NCBI GenBank assembly: GCA_002269645.1 | Contig: NIVC01001474.1 | Location: 218,875-282,874, forward strand | DNA length: 64,000 nucleotides | Origin: Macrostomum lignano | Lineage: Eukaryota | Direction of reading: 5' to 3' | Shown: positions 24,589 through 37,390 of the stretch, in pieces | Layout: each line of letters starts with the position of its first letter | Position numbering within the stretch: position 1 is the stretch's first letter | Made by a program: the position numbers and the translations under genes | The notes under the pieces: generated by a model | Databases searched by the model: none | Seen by the model: the letters and a program-made list of their open reading frames with translations, nothing else | What the model was told of the DNA's origin: nothing

Positions 24589-27034
24589 ATGTCACGCAAC
24601 ATTCCCGCCCAAATGCCAGGATGCCAGCAATCGAGTTGCGATACGTTCTGCGAAAGAACTGAACGACGCCTGTCCTTGTCTCATATCGTTTCTGAAAATA
24701 CTACCATACTATCACGAAGCGTTTCTTCGAGACAGCCGCGTTCTATCTAAAAGAAGTGATATCCTGCAGGCTACAATTTACGAGTACAATCACCAGCATA
24801 AGACAGTGAGAAAAGAGTCATTGGATCTTTCCGCCCGTGAAAAAGTTCAGAGAGTGGAGTACCCAGGAACGAATTGCGAAAACCCAATAGACTCCTCAGT
24901 CGAAACGTTGTCGGACACAGAACAGACTTGCGAAAACCCAATAGACTCCTCAGTCGAAACGTTGTCGGACACAGAACAGACTTGCGAAAACCCAATAGAC
25001 TCCTCAGTCGAAACGTTGTTGGGCTATACATTTCTAGAAGCCAATGCCGACGTAAATGGTTCGCTAGCTTCATTCTTAGACGACAGCAAGTTTAAGGTAC
25101 AGAGCTCCGACTTCTGCTATTTTCTGAAGACTAATGCAATTAGTGACCAGGAACTTGAAAATGTCGCTTGTCTATTCCCAACCAGTCCTGGTGAGATCAA
25201 GCAAAATCAGCAAAAGGTTGAAAATACATGTATATGTATGGAAGAAATTCGCAATCTAAAGAGATACGATCACATCATCCTTGAGCGAACAGGCGTGAAA
25301 GGTGAAACTTCTAAAGTCCATTTTGTACTGACCGAGTGGGACAGCGACTCTCGGAAAGGAGTTGGCGTTACGTTTGAGAACCCAGCAGAATGTGCATCGC
25401 CGAGAGTCAATAAGGTAAAGGTGTTCCTTCGAGTGAGTGGCCCAAATCAGCTAATGAAGGTTGAGCACAAAAATCCGATCAACCCGAGTGAAGTTGATGA
25501 AAGGTTCAAAGCTCGGGAAGGAGAAACAAATTACTGTCTTTGTACAAACAACTGCGAGAACTTTGTTTATTATTTAATTTACGGTGAACCAAGGAGTCCG
25601 CAAATCGAATTCTGGAGTTTTCAATTAGCTAAAGTTGCTCCCGCACTTTTGAAATGTACTGCCAGCATTGCAGAGACGATTAAACATAGATCGACTCAAG
25701 CTTTGAAATCGATTCAGTCAATAAAGTTTCATATGGGTCTTGAATATTTGTTGGACAATCACAAATTATTTTTTAAACTTGCGGAATTGCTTTTGCGACG
25801 AGAATTAACTAAAGTCTGTGTTTCGTTTAACAACATTGTCAAACACGCTACCAGTCAATATCAACGGTCCACACAGCAGTTGGTGCATGAAGTTGTTGCA
25901 TCGCCTATTAAGCCGCTTTTGGAACAGTTGTCTGGCTTGCATGAAGTTGTTGCATCGCCTATTAAGCCGCTTTTGGAACAGTTGTCACGCTTGCATGAAG
26001 TTGTTGCATCGCCTATTAAGCCGCTTTTGGAACAGTTGTCACGCTTGCATGAAGTTGTTGCATCGCCTATTAAGCCGCTTTTGGAACAGTTGTCACGCTT
26101 GCATGAAGTTGTTGCATCGCCTATTAAGCCGCTTTTGGAACAGTTGTCTGGCTTGCATGAAGTTGTTGCATCGCCTATTAAGCCGCTTTCGGAACAGTTG
26201 TCTGGCTTGCATGAAGTTGTTGCATCGCCTATTAAGCCGCTTTTGGAACAGTTGTCACGCTTGCATGAAGTTGTTGCATCGCCTATTAAGCCGCTTTCAG
26301 AACAGTTGTCTGGCTTGCATGAAGTTGTTGCATCGCCTATTAAGCCGCTTTTGGAACAGTTGCCTGGCTTGCATGAAGCTGTTGCATCGCATTTTAAGCC
26401 GCTTTCAGAACAGTTGTCACGCTTGCATGAAGCTGTTGCATCGCCTATTAAGCCGCTTTTGGAACAGTTGCCTGGCTTGCATGAAGTTGTTGCATCGCAT
26501 ATTAAGCCGCTTTTGGAACAGTTGTCTGGCTTGACTGGACAAAACTCTAAAGTTGTTGAGTCGTTGATGAAAAAGTTTTCTAGCCTTTCTACTGTCGATC
26601 AGATTGGCCTTGCTATCGTAGTAGCTCTGATTCTCTTCGATACGTATCGTTTGGTATCAAGTAAGAATACTTCCAAAACGAAGTTGTTTGAGCTGTTGAT
26701 TTCTTCCGTAAAGCAATTATTACCCTGGTGGTGCTGCATTGGTGCATCAGCTCCTATGACATTAGGCATAAGCGTCGGTGTACATTTTGTTTTGCCCACT
26801 CTTCGTTACTTACGGAATCGATTCGACTTCGCTGCTCGTGTTCAGAAATGCTATTGCACTGTTGTCTCCAGCGCCCAAACAATGGCGAAGCAAATCAATG
26901 GTATCTTCGAAGGTTTTGCTAAGATTTCTGGCTTCAAAAATTACTCAGTTACTTCATTTCTCAATGAGACTTCGTTGTCGCTTGCCGAAGTTAAACATGT
27001 ATTCTCGTGCACTTTGAGATTCGGATGTGCTTAA
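24589..27034 (+). CDS. LRAT/PLAAT-like (NlpC/P60 circularly permuted) domain protein with 18-aa tandem repeats and C-terminal hydrophobic segments; probable +1 frameshift near 24619
   Basis: YDHII..KVHFV (His box) and NYCLCTNNCENFVYYLIYGEPRSPQ (NCEHF..G...S.Q motif). The frame is open from about 24590 to 27034. ATG 24589 joins it if one G is removed at CCAGGAT. No introns were seen. Confidence 0.75.
24874..25020 (+). repeat. Coding 54-bp repeat, about 2.7 copies (CENPIDSSVETLSDTEQT)
   Basis: Visible in both DNA and protein. Confidence 0.93.
25883..26530 (+). repeat. Coding 54-bp repeat x12 (LHEVVASPIKPLLEQLSG/R)
   Basis: Twelve near-identical in-frame units. Confidence 0.97.
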
Positions 27035-28166
27035 CACTAAAAAGCAAGGACTTTTTGGATATTTTGCCATATACATGCTCGTATGATTCTATTGTAAAGT
27101 TTAATTCCAACTTTCAATCGATTTTAGGTAGGTCTGAAATCCTTTAGTTCCCTGGCTAATTTCGAGTTTTACAACTTTTCCTCTTGAAAAGCACTTAAAA
27201 ACGACATTTTAAAGGGCAAGCTTTCCTAAGTTTTGACGAATAATAAGCAATAGCTAGCTAAATAATTAAATGAGTCAAAAAGAACAAACCGAACACTAGA
27301 CTAAGTTGATTCGTTAATTTCGATTGAAATGAAATCATGAATGTTGAATGAAAGTTGGAAATTTGACTTCGTAAAGCTAAATTTGTTTTATTATGAACTA
27401 CACTAATTATATTTCAATTACATGTATTAGTGTATCTACTGGTAGAATGCGATAAACTTTTCTTAATTGCTGTGTTTATGTAGCTTACTACAAGTAACTG
27501 CAAGTTACTACAAGTAACAAGAAACTTTTCCCTGTTTTTGTAAGTGGATATTTTTGCTCCCTATAACTTTTCCGCTGCTTTCGCTAAATAGGGGAAAAGT
27601 CTTGACTCTGACTTTGCTAATCGTACGATTTATACTCGTAATGAATTAATCTTAGCTATTGGTTGTTGCTTTTCGATTGAATCCGCGCTCCACAATATTT
27701 TTAGCAAATTTGCTCTAGCTACTTATACTCGTACTTGTTAAGCACTAATCGATTTTTATTATTGCGGAAACCTCGCTTCAGACATTTTAAATGCAAGTTT
27801 TTTTCAGCATTCACAGTTCTTACTCAAGTTCTACTTATCGAAATAGCTATACGCTCGTAGCCAGCTCATAGAGACACAATGGTCTCATATTAAAAAAATA
27901 AGAATGATGCCACTTGTACGATTGACAATATGTAAAATTTGCTGTCTCTAATGCTATTCACTCATTTCTGTTATTCACTTAGCGTGGAAGAAGCAAACTA
28001 TTGGGCGGCATGAATAAAGAACTTTTCTTGCCAGAAAGCGGGGGTTTCTTCTTCGCATATAATTGTGAAAGTAAAATCAAGATTTTCTCTTGAGATTTCG
28101 AGACAAAAAAGCTAAGAAGTGTTGTTGTTATTTCGAAAATTAAAATCTTTATCAGTGCAAAAATTA

Positions 28167-28182
28167 GAGAAAGCAAGAGAGA

Positions 28183-28213
<31 letters not shown>

Positions 28214-28236
28214 TGAGACAGAGAGAGTGAGAGAGT

Positions 28237-28310
<74 letters not shown>

Positions 28311-28383
28311 GAGAGAGAGTGAGAGAGAGAGAGGTAGAGAGAGATAGAGAGAGAGAGAGAGTGAGAGAGAGAGAGAGAGTGAA

Positions 28384-28438
<55 letters not shown>

Positions 28439-28450
28439 AAGAGAAAGAGT
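28167..28450. repeat. (GA)n microsatellite
   Basis: Dinucleotide run with few interruptions. Confidence 0.97.
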
Positions 28451-28619
28451 GTTGGTAAATAGCACCCTTACATAAATTTTACCCAAAAAAATAAAAAATC
28501 AATAAGCGCAAGAATAAGTTCTAGATAACACTCTTAAGCTTTTGGGTCCTCATTACGTTTACGAGTACTTGTCGCGATTCCAAGACTTGAGGTTACAAAG
28601 TATACACTTAGGTTCTTCT

Positions 28620-30305
28620 TCAGACGACGGCGCTTGGTGCTTGCGGCCGCTGCCTCGGCTGCCTCACCATCAGCTGACGCACTCGATGACTGGCACACCC
28701 GAAGCAGACGGCCAGCAGAACGCCATGCAGGGCTGCCAGATGCTCGCCGACCGCTGAAGCGGCTCGATGATTGATGGCAGCCGACTCGGCGAGGTTGGCC
28801 AAGATGAACTGCGGCATCCAGGCAGCGCCCGCGGCCACCGACACTCGCACAGTTGCGCCAACATGTCTGCGCGCTGTAGACATTGCCAACAGCTGCTGTG
28901 CGTTTCTGGCCCGACGATGCAGTACGATGCAGACCGCAGCCGCCACTGCCAGGTTGACAAACAGAACCGCTGCCAGGGGCGCCAGAGACAGAAGCAGCAT
29001 CAGCCACTTGTGACAGGGAGCGAACTGGCAAACTGCCAAGTCAAACAGACCCAGTCGAACGTGCAGGCATCCAGCGCAGGCGGTGAGACCGGCTGGTGCC
29101 AGCCAGACCATCAGCATCAGCCGCTTCGACAGACGGCCAGGAGCTGGAAGGTTTGAGACCAAACTGCGCAACAGGTCGCAGCCAAACACGGCGGCCCAGG
29201 AGAAGGTGGAGATCAGGCAGAAATAGCTCAGCAACAGGAGGCTGAGACAGGCTGTCTCTGTTGGCTTTGTTAATCGCATGGTAACGGCCAGAGCCTCCCA
29301 GATGAGAACGCAGGCCGAATGGCAGCATAGGCACAGACCTGGCCGGTTGCGCAGACTTGGCACGCTAAAGTACACTGCGATGAGAACTAGCAGTGCCACA
29401 ATGGAGGCTGCGTGAGTCGCGCAGACGCTTACTGACAGCTTCCAATTGTCAGACGTCGTTCTGTTGCCTGGTCGACCGAAATCCCTGCCCGGTAGGTTGG
29501 CGTGTAAATTGCGAAAACCGACGTAGACACCCAGTAGGCCGTGGTCAAGGCTGTCCCGAAGCTGCCACAACGGATAGTCGGTGCGCTGGCACTGCGGGGT
29601 GTACCAGCCCAGCTGGCACATGCGGCAGTAGGAATTCCTGTAGGCCCTGCCTTCGCACACCTCGTAATTAGTTGGCACCCGTTCGCAGGAGTCGGTTAGC
29701 GACGGGTAGGCGCCATTGCACACGGTGGCATCAGCCAAGTCCGGATAGCACGCGTGTGTTTGATGGGCTGCAATAACAGCTACGGACTGGCAGTTTGAGG
29801 CTGTAGCGGTGGAATCGTTGCAGAACACAGCGACCTGGGCAGTTGTTGACGCAGCGGCCTCTCCGTGGCACAGACCGCAGTAGGCACTGCGGTAGAGCAA
29901 GCCCGTGCGGTTTGAGTAAACAGGCAGCGCCATTCGATCACTGGCAACCGGTTCGTGTGCGGACTGACATCGTGAGTGCCACTCAGAGCTGGAATTGCTT
30001 CCAATTGGACATGCTGTCACCATGTAGACAGAGTACCGACCTCCCAACCTGTCACACGTCCCATTGGTACAGAAGAACACGCCCTCACAAGTTATTCCAG
30101 CGTTGCTCGGTTGAACTTTTCGATCTTGATCGCAGCAGTCCTGATAACTGAAGCAGTGCTCAGTGCTTGAGTAGCAATTTGGAATCGATAGTTCGCCTGG
30201 ATGTTGCACAGCCACGTTGGTGACGCTACCAGCGACACAACTTTTTATTGCAAAAATCAATACGACCAACCAAAGCAGACTGAAAATCTTGCAGAAGATA
30301 ATCAT
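28620..30305 (-). CDS. Intronless class-B/adhesion-like 7TM receptor with Cys-rich ectodomain (561 aa)
   Basis: Signal peptide, Cys-rich N-terminus (CC.D, YMVTACP, PVYSNRTGLLYRSAYCGLC, YRNSYCRMC), then 7 hydrophobic segments with family-2 motifs (SLRNRPGLCL, YFCLISTFSWAAVFGCDL, LHGVLLAVCF). Confidence 0.85.
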   Translation of the reverse strand: MIIFCKIFSLLWLVVLIFAIKSCVAGSVTNVAVQHPGELSIPNCYSSTEHCFSYQDCCDQDRKVQPSNAGITCEGVFFCTNGTCDRLGGRYSVYMVTACPIGSNSSSEWHSRCQSAHEPVASDRMALPVYSNRTGLLYRSAYCGLCHGEAAASTTAQVAVFCNDSTATASNCQSVAVIAAHQTHACYPDLADATVCNGAYPSLTDSCERVPTNYEVCEGRAYRNSYCRMCQLGWYTPQCQRTDYPLWQLRDSLDHGLLGVYVGFRNLHANLPGRDFGRPGNRTTSDNWKLSVSVCATHAASIVALLVLIAVYFSVPSLRNRPGLCLCCHSACVLIWEALAVTMRLTKPTETACLSLLLLSYFCLISTFSWAAVFGCDLLRSLVSNLPAPGRLSKRLMLMVWLAPAGLTACAGCLHVRLGLFDLAVCQFAPCHKWLMLLLSLAPLAAVLFVNLAVAAAVCIVLHRRARNAQQLLAMSTARRHVGATVRVSVAAGAAWMPQFILANLAESAAINHRAASAVGEHLAALHGVLLAVCFGCASHRVRQLMVRQPRQRPQAPSAVV

Positions 30306-30894
30306 AGTTTTATGAGAATGGGTTTGTTCAGCTTCTAAAGTTAGTAAAGCGCTTAATGAAGACTACTGACTTTCAGGTTGTAAACTGTGTTAGTGTCAGA
30401 CAGCTTATACTACAGTAGAGAGCAAAGTCTAAACTGGAGCGTACCGGATCATGCAGGCTTTTATATGGCATGGCATACGATCTCAGTCTTGTGTTGCTTA
30501 ATCCCCTCATAGCGCATGGGATCGAACCTCATTATGGGGGCGGCGATTGAATATCCCAAAGGACGCGGATATTTCCAGATTGATCCGGAGCTCGCGGTCG
30601 GAGTAGCAGATGACAGTGGGTGTTGTTTAGTGTGGCGGACAGCGGCTCATACTTATTGGGAATGATATTTGCATAAATCATAATTTGAAACGCATGATTA
30701 CATTTCAGTCAGCTAACAGTTATGGTAGCACTCTCGGGACCACAATATTTACCAAAATATAAGTATAAATGGAATTTGACCACCATGTCACCTTCAGATG
30801 ATCACATGGAATTTCACATTATCGCGAAACTGTTATTCAACTAAAATAGGAGTAAGTTAGTTTGTTTCATTTTTTCAGCAATTTTTTACAGCAA

Positions 30895-30896
30895 CT

Positions 30897-30944
<48 letters not shown>

Positions 30945-31051
30945 GGCAGACAGACAGACAGACAGACAGACAGACAGGCAGACAGCCAGACAGACAGACA
31001 GACAGACAGACAGATGGACAGACAAATACAGACAGACCAACAGACTTTAAT

Positions 31052-31096
<45 letters not shown>

Positions 31097-31181
31097 AAGA
31101 CAGACAGACAGACAGACAGTCAGTCAGGCAGACAGACAGACAGATGGACAGACAAATACAGACAGACCAACAGACTCTAAT

Positions 31182-31226
<45 letters not shown>

Positions 31227-31359
31227 AAGACAGACAGACAGACAGACAGACAGTCAGTCAGTCAGACAGGCAGACAGACAGACAGATGGACAGACAGACA
31301 GACAGAAAGACAGACAGACAGACAGACAGACAGTCAGTCAGGCAGACAGACAGACAGGC

Positions 31360-31398
<39 letters not shown>

Positions 31399-31447
31399 AA
31401 GACAGACAGACAGAAAGACAGACAGACAGACAGACAGTCAGTCAGGC

Positions 31448-31520
<73 letters not shown>

Positions 31521-31531
31521 GTCAGTCAGGC

Positions 31532-31614
<83 letters not shown>

Positions 31615-31645
31615 TGGACAAACAAATAGACAGACAGAGACTAAC
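30895..31645. repeat. (CAGA)n tetranucleotide microsatellite
   Basis: Long GACA run. The QTDR/LSVC ORFs are artefacts. Confidence 0.98.
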
Positions 31646-32094
31646 AAACAGAGCAGTTAATTTTCAAAAAGCCATTAAAGCAGAGACAAAGTGCAAAAGA
31701 AACGTAATAACTATAACCTAATAACTTAATTATGCCTATGGCTTAAATTCATTTGTCAATAAACATGTTTTATACGTGTAGCAATGATAAAGACTGTTTA
31801 TATTAACCAATAATACATTTTTAGATTGGAAACTACTCGATAACTTCAGGAACACAAAATTTATTTTTATGTATTTCTTATTGTATTTTTTGTAATGTTA
31901 AAATATTTCCAAAAGTAGGTTATCTAATTTGATTTAAATATGCGATTAACAACTAACACCGGAAAATTTGTTAGATTCAGTTAAATAAATTGAACGATAA
32001 ATGTACAGTTCAGAAGAATGAATCTATGTAAAAATGATCGGGAGATTTAACACTCTAAAAAGAAAACAGATCAAGCCACCGAAATTCCGTGTAT

Positions 32095-33392
32095 CTAAAA
32101 ATAGTGCTCCCAGATTTGCGCGAAAACCCGCAGGCCAATTAGATACAGACAGATCAGGCCAGCCAATAGCAGGCTAGGCGGGCATCTCCGCAGGAACCAA
32201 TCGGTGAAGAGGCCGCTACCAAGCGCAACTGACGCCAAACCGAACGTCGCTCCGCCGCCCATGGCGTGCAGAAATTCCACTGCAAGTCGACGTTTGGAAG
32301 CTTCCGGAAGGCAGTAGCGGAGGAACAGGCCGACAGCCAGTTGCCAGAGTAGGGCTAGAGAAGCTGCCATGCCGATGCAGCCGTGCCAGCTGGTCACGTG
32401 ACGGTGCGGCGGCTGCGAGCAAATCATGCGGGAGACACATTTAAGTCAACTCTTCGGACAGGACATCTAGGTAACCCAACAAAGAGACAGGGGCCCTCAC
32501 CAAGAGACAGGGGCCCTCACCAAGAGACAGGGGCCCTCACCAAGAGACAGGGGCCCTCACCAAGAGACGGGGGCCCTCACCAAGAGACAGGGGCCCTCAC
32601 CAAGAGACAGGGGCCCTCACCAAGAGACAGGGGCCCTCACCAAGAGACAGGGGCCCTCACCAAGAGACAGGGGCCCTCACCAAGAGACAGGGGCGCCCAC
32701 CAAGAGACAGGGGCGCCAACCAAACGACAGGGGCGCCAACCATGCAAGAGACAGGGGCGCCAACCAAGAGACAGGGGCGCCAACCATGCAAGAGACAGGG
32801 GCGCCAACCAAGAGACAGGGGCGCCAACCAAGAGACAGGGGCGCCCACCAAAGAGACACGGCGCAAACCAACAGACAGGGGCGCACACCAACACCACCAC
32901 CGTTTTGTCTGTGGCCAAACCTCATATATCGCTATGCCAAAAACGCAATCTTGTCTAGTCCTGAAGGTTAGAGTGCTGAAAGTAACAGAAAACTTTCTTT
33001 CTTATCGATCAATTTCCCAAAACCGCTGCCTCCACTAGCCGTTTCTGCTGCTACAGCAGAAGGTGACTCACCTCGGACCGAGCTGCCAGCCAGGCCAGTC
33101 CCACACCCGCCAAAGTCTGCGCCGCCGCCGCACCGTTCAGCAGGGCGTGCCTGACCAGCTGGGAGTGCGCCATCGTCTCCGCCTGACCAGTTCGACCTTC
33201 CCGAGGCCGCAGGGCCCGCACGCCGAAGCTCAGGAGGCCAGCAACGGCCGCTCCGCACAGGGTTGCGTGCCAGCGGGTGGCTGAGGATGCCGAGAGGAAC
33301 AGCTGATCCGCCGCTGCCATTCCATCTATGCGACGTGCGGAGACGCCGGTTACTATGGCAACCAGAGCTGCAGAAGCGCAGTTGGCCAGCAT
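32095..33392 (-). CDS. CYB561D2: Cytochrome b561 domain protein (CYB561D1/D2-like), exons 33072-33392 and 32095-32412, about 212 aa
   Basis: The phase-0 splice (GAG|gtgagt ... cgcag|CCG) joins two hydrophobic ORFs. Four heme-ligand His are present in the expected contexts: TRWHATL, VRHALL, TSWHGCIG and FLHAMGG. Confidence 0.8.
32470..32890. repeat. 20-bp minisatellite (CCAAGAGACAGGGGCGCCAA) in the CYB561D intron
   Basis: Tandem units. The same family occurs at 36890-37390 and 50810-51060. Confidence 0.95.
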
Positions 33393-34899
33393 TTCCCGGT
33401 GTGCAACTTCTTTGGAGCGATTGTTGGACTTTGTTCCTGTTGAGTAATATTTGCAAATACTAATGGAAATTATTATATAAACTACTCTGAAATTGAAATT
33501 ACAGAAAACATGAAGTTTTCTTTCATCTGATTGTGAAAATACAAAATATATTTTCAATCCTGTGAGATAAAACTTTTGTTATTCATTCTTTATCAAGAAA
33601 CATTTTATAAAATTTAAAGATAAGAAAATGTTTGTGTTATAATAATATATGGTTTAATTACATATAACATGTATGATCTGATGATATATACAAAATAATC
33701 TTAATATTTTTAATCCTTAAAAAAACTTTCATTTCTTAATTATACAATTTAACAATGTTCTGATACAATAAATATGAACAAAAAAAATATAATAAACTTG
33801 ACTCACACCGCTAGAACACACAGGTCACTGGCTCAGTCAGGCCGAGGGTCCACAGGAAGCAACAGTAACACAAGTCAGAGTCAGGTACAGCTGTATGCAG
33901 TTTAGTTTTGTTTGTGCTACTAGTACGAGCGTATTCGCTCAGTATGTAGATAATTTTTACAGGTAAAACTTTAATTAGTGTTAATTATTGAAACAGATAT
34001 GCTACATTTTTTGCTATTCATTTTATTTCGGTTTAGTCAAGATAATTAGATAAATTTATGTAAAATTTATTTTATTTTGTGCGTCCCGTACATTGCATAA
34101 ATCACAGAATGAGCAAATGAAAATATTAATAAACCATGCGTTTTTCAAAGTAATGCAGAATCAATTTTCCTAAAAAGGAGCTAGAGTTATAACTTTTTTT
34201 AAAGAGCCTTATCGTTATACGGATTAAAAAAAGGAATTACATGCTTTTTCTCTATGCGGCAATTAAAGTCAATTTTCCTGCCTCATCCACCTTTGAATGA
34301 GTGCTTTGATTCGTAGTTAAAGAAGCTTTTCATTGAATCAATATAACAAATTATCAGCCAAGTTTTCTCAACAGAGGGCAATTAGTCTGCAGATTTAATA
34401 AATAAATTTTGAGTTCTTTGCATGTCTGTGAATATTACGGACAATGATAATAAACATTTTAGGTTTGAAACTGTAATGAAAACGTTTTAAGCCGTTTAAA
34501 GCCATTTAACAACTAATTAAGTATAACACTTACATGTAGCGACGTCTGGTGACGATGCAAAGCTAATAATATGAGCTATTGAGCTTAGTTCTGCTTTGAG
34601 ATACGTTCTTTGATTTAAATGACTGTACAATTATTTTTAAATACGCATACATTTGCTTATAAAATAACATGCATATAATTTATTACATGTATATACAGTA
34701 TACATGTAACAATAAAATTTTAGACTATACACATACAATCATGTGCACGGGACTACCCAGTAGAAGGACAGGAAACGACGCTGCTTGGAACTTTTAAGAA
34801 TACATATTTTTAGCGAAAAATACGTTTTACGGAGAATGAAGGAGCTATTATAGCGCTTTTTCATTTTTTCAGCACAAAATTTGTAAAACCTTGATAGGA

Positions 34900-36300
34900 T
34901 CAGCGTCCACAGAGCAGCTAGGCGTCCGGCGAAGCAGTCCGCAGCACCCAGTCAAGCACCAGGAGAAACAGAAGCGACGTGAGCGTATCTCCATGAAGCA
35001 ACCCAGAGGATTTTTCAAATGTGCTTCTAGCCGTGTGGTGTCCGGCTTCTTCGGAATAGCGACGATGTACATGTACGTCTCGTGAGTCCATTTGTTGGGT
35101 GCCGCCTCACCGAAAAGCACGTGCATGATTCATCACACTTGCGACCTCGCTGGACCCAGCGCTTTCCCGCGCGAAGAAACTCTCTTCTGCCGGTAATGGC
35201 ATCTCAGATCGTTTGGCGGTGTCGCGTTGATGGCGGACGAGGCCACGTTCCCTTTGGCATCAGGTCTGCTGACGCTGCAGGTGGACAGGACAGCCTCCAG
35301 AGCCGATCCTCCGCCTCGAGAGTTGGCCGCCTGCTCAGACGGATCCTCTCGATCTCGATCCAGCTCTTCGGTCAGTCGCGTGAGCGGGACTGCTTGCTCT
35401 GCCGCGGCTCTAACCACAGCACAATTATCCCGGTGTACTCGGCGTACTGACGCTTCGGCGGACGGTAAAACGGATCGCGTACACGCAGGTTGCAGACGCA
35501 GAGCCTGCGGCACTCACGAAGACGCACAAGCTTGCAACCCACGAAGGTCGCGATCCTGCCGGGTGGCTCGCGGAAGCATGTATTGGCCGACACCATTTCC
35601 TGCCTTTCCAGGAAGTTCTCCAGCGCTCCGCTGTTGCCGTTCTCGCCCGATGTACAAACAACGACGCTCGGACCTATGAAAAACCGCGTTCAGGTCTCCA
35701 AGGAAACCACTGAGTGATCTCCATCCGCGTCGAGAGCTGCTCGAAGAAGACTTGAGCTCATCCGGCCGGGTGGCAGGAGGTGCGTACGCGCAGAACAGGC
35801 GAGCGTTCCGGCCGCGAATTTGTTGAAACAGGACGTCAACCCGAAGCAGCCGGTCAGACAGGGAGATGCAGCGACAGCTCCATCTTCAGCCTCGATCCGA
35901 TTAGCGGTCCGATAAGTTGGTCCGCTGATATGTACCAGAGCTGGCGTCGAGGTCCTTCAAATGAATTCCCTATTGCAGCAAGATGACATCGCATCTAAGG
36001 TCGGGCGCTAGATGCGCCAGCAGTCCTCCCGACAGGCGTCCTTGAGAGTGCGGCAGTTCAGCGTCCCGACCCGAAGCGTGCCTTGTGGAACGGCTGGGGC
36101 TCGATGACAGTGAGCCTCACGGTCTCCAGAAAATCCGATTGGCCAAAGATGGCAGCAGCTCGACGGGCGGAACCTCGTTGCCGACCTCGCCAGTTTCACT
36201 CAGGCCGACGTTCAACTCGCCGGCGCTCGCTTTTGCTGAACTCGCTTGGTCTTGGTCTCGCTGTTCGCCGCTGCAGCAGTTGAGCGTGGCCCTCCGACGT
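34900..36300 (-). mobile_element. Degraded, internally deleted RTE-like LINE (APE start plus RT fragments)
   Basis: GTLRVGTLNCRTLK followed by (frameshifted) LLAHLAPDLRCDVILLQ matches an APE endonuclease N-terminus. RGKALGP and IVAIPKKPDTTRLE match RT-proximal motifs. There are many stops and frameshifts. Confidence 0.7.
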
Positions 36301-36886
36301 CACCTCCCCTCGTTGCAAATATATCATAAGTTTGCAAATATTAAAGGCTCGTTGTATTTAGGCGACCTTGACAAACGAACTTTCTAAGCAACCAGTCGCA
36401 TCAACCACTAGGCCGGTGCTGTGATTGGCTGAGAGTGCAAGAGACTGCTCTTTGCAGATGTACCACCTACAAAATCATAAAGTAGTCAAATAAAATTTGT
36501 ATGGAACAAAGATCTATGACGTAATCTACTGCTATTAATAAAACTAAAAACACTGCATGAAGGATACAATTCGGGTACAAGCTGGGTACACATGCGCTGC
36601 TGATAAAAATAAACGAAAAGGAAAATACAAAGCAGACTCTAACTTATTCATGTAACACTGCAATCATACTGTAGACGGAATCGCGACATTCTTGGCAGAT
36701 TGTGAGATTGGTTTCTTAGAACAAGCCGCTATTTACTCCGGCATTTATTAACTGTGTAAAATTACTAAAATTGTCTATATTAGTACATTAACAAGCTTGT
36801 GTGAGACCAAGAAGTACCTGTACGTGCATTTGGGATTTTGAAACTATACAAGATATAGTAGGTAAATTTTATATCCAGTGCATGTA

Positions 36887-37390
36887 GGTAACCCAACAAA
36901 GAGGCAGGGGCGCCAACCAAGAGACAGGGGTGCCAACCAAGAGACAGGGGCGCCAACCAAGAGACATTGGCGCCAACCAAGAGACAGGGGCGCCAACCAA
37001 GAGACAGGGGTGCCAACCAAGAGACAGGGGCGCCAACCAAGAGACAGGGGCGCCAACCAAGAGACAGGGGCGCCAACCAAAGAGACAGGGGCGCCAACCA
37101 AGTGACGGGGGCGCCAACCAAGTGACGGGGGCGCCAACCAAGAGACAGGGGCGCCAACCAAAGAGACAGGGGCGCCAACCAAGAGACAGGGACGCCAACC
37201 AAAGAGACAGGGGCGCCAACCAAGAGACAGGGGCGCCAACCAAGAGACAGGGGCGCCAGCCAAGAGACAGGGGCGCCCACCAAAGAGACAGGGGCGCCAA
37301 CCAAAAGACAGGGGCGCCAAACAAGAGACAGGGGCGCCAACCAAGACTAAAGGCGCCAACGAAAAAGACAGGGCACACACCAAAGAGACA
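36887..37390. repeat. 20-bp minisatellite, same family as 32470
   Basis: It begins with the same leader TAGGTAACCCAACAAAGAG as the 32470 array. Confidence 0.95.

Noticed and set aside
25818-26534. Overlapping 238-aa Cys/His-rich repeat ORF (HACMKLLHRLLSRFWNSC)
   Set aside because: It is the alternative frame of the 54-bp coding repeat, which happens to lack stops.
2339-33392. Metal-homeostasis cluster (ZNG1 plus cytochrome b561)
   Set aside because: The genes are about 27 kb apart with unrelated genes between them, and there is no evidence of co-regulation.
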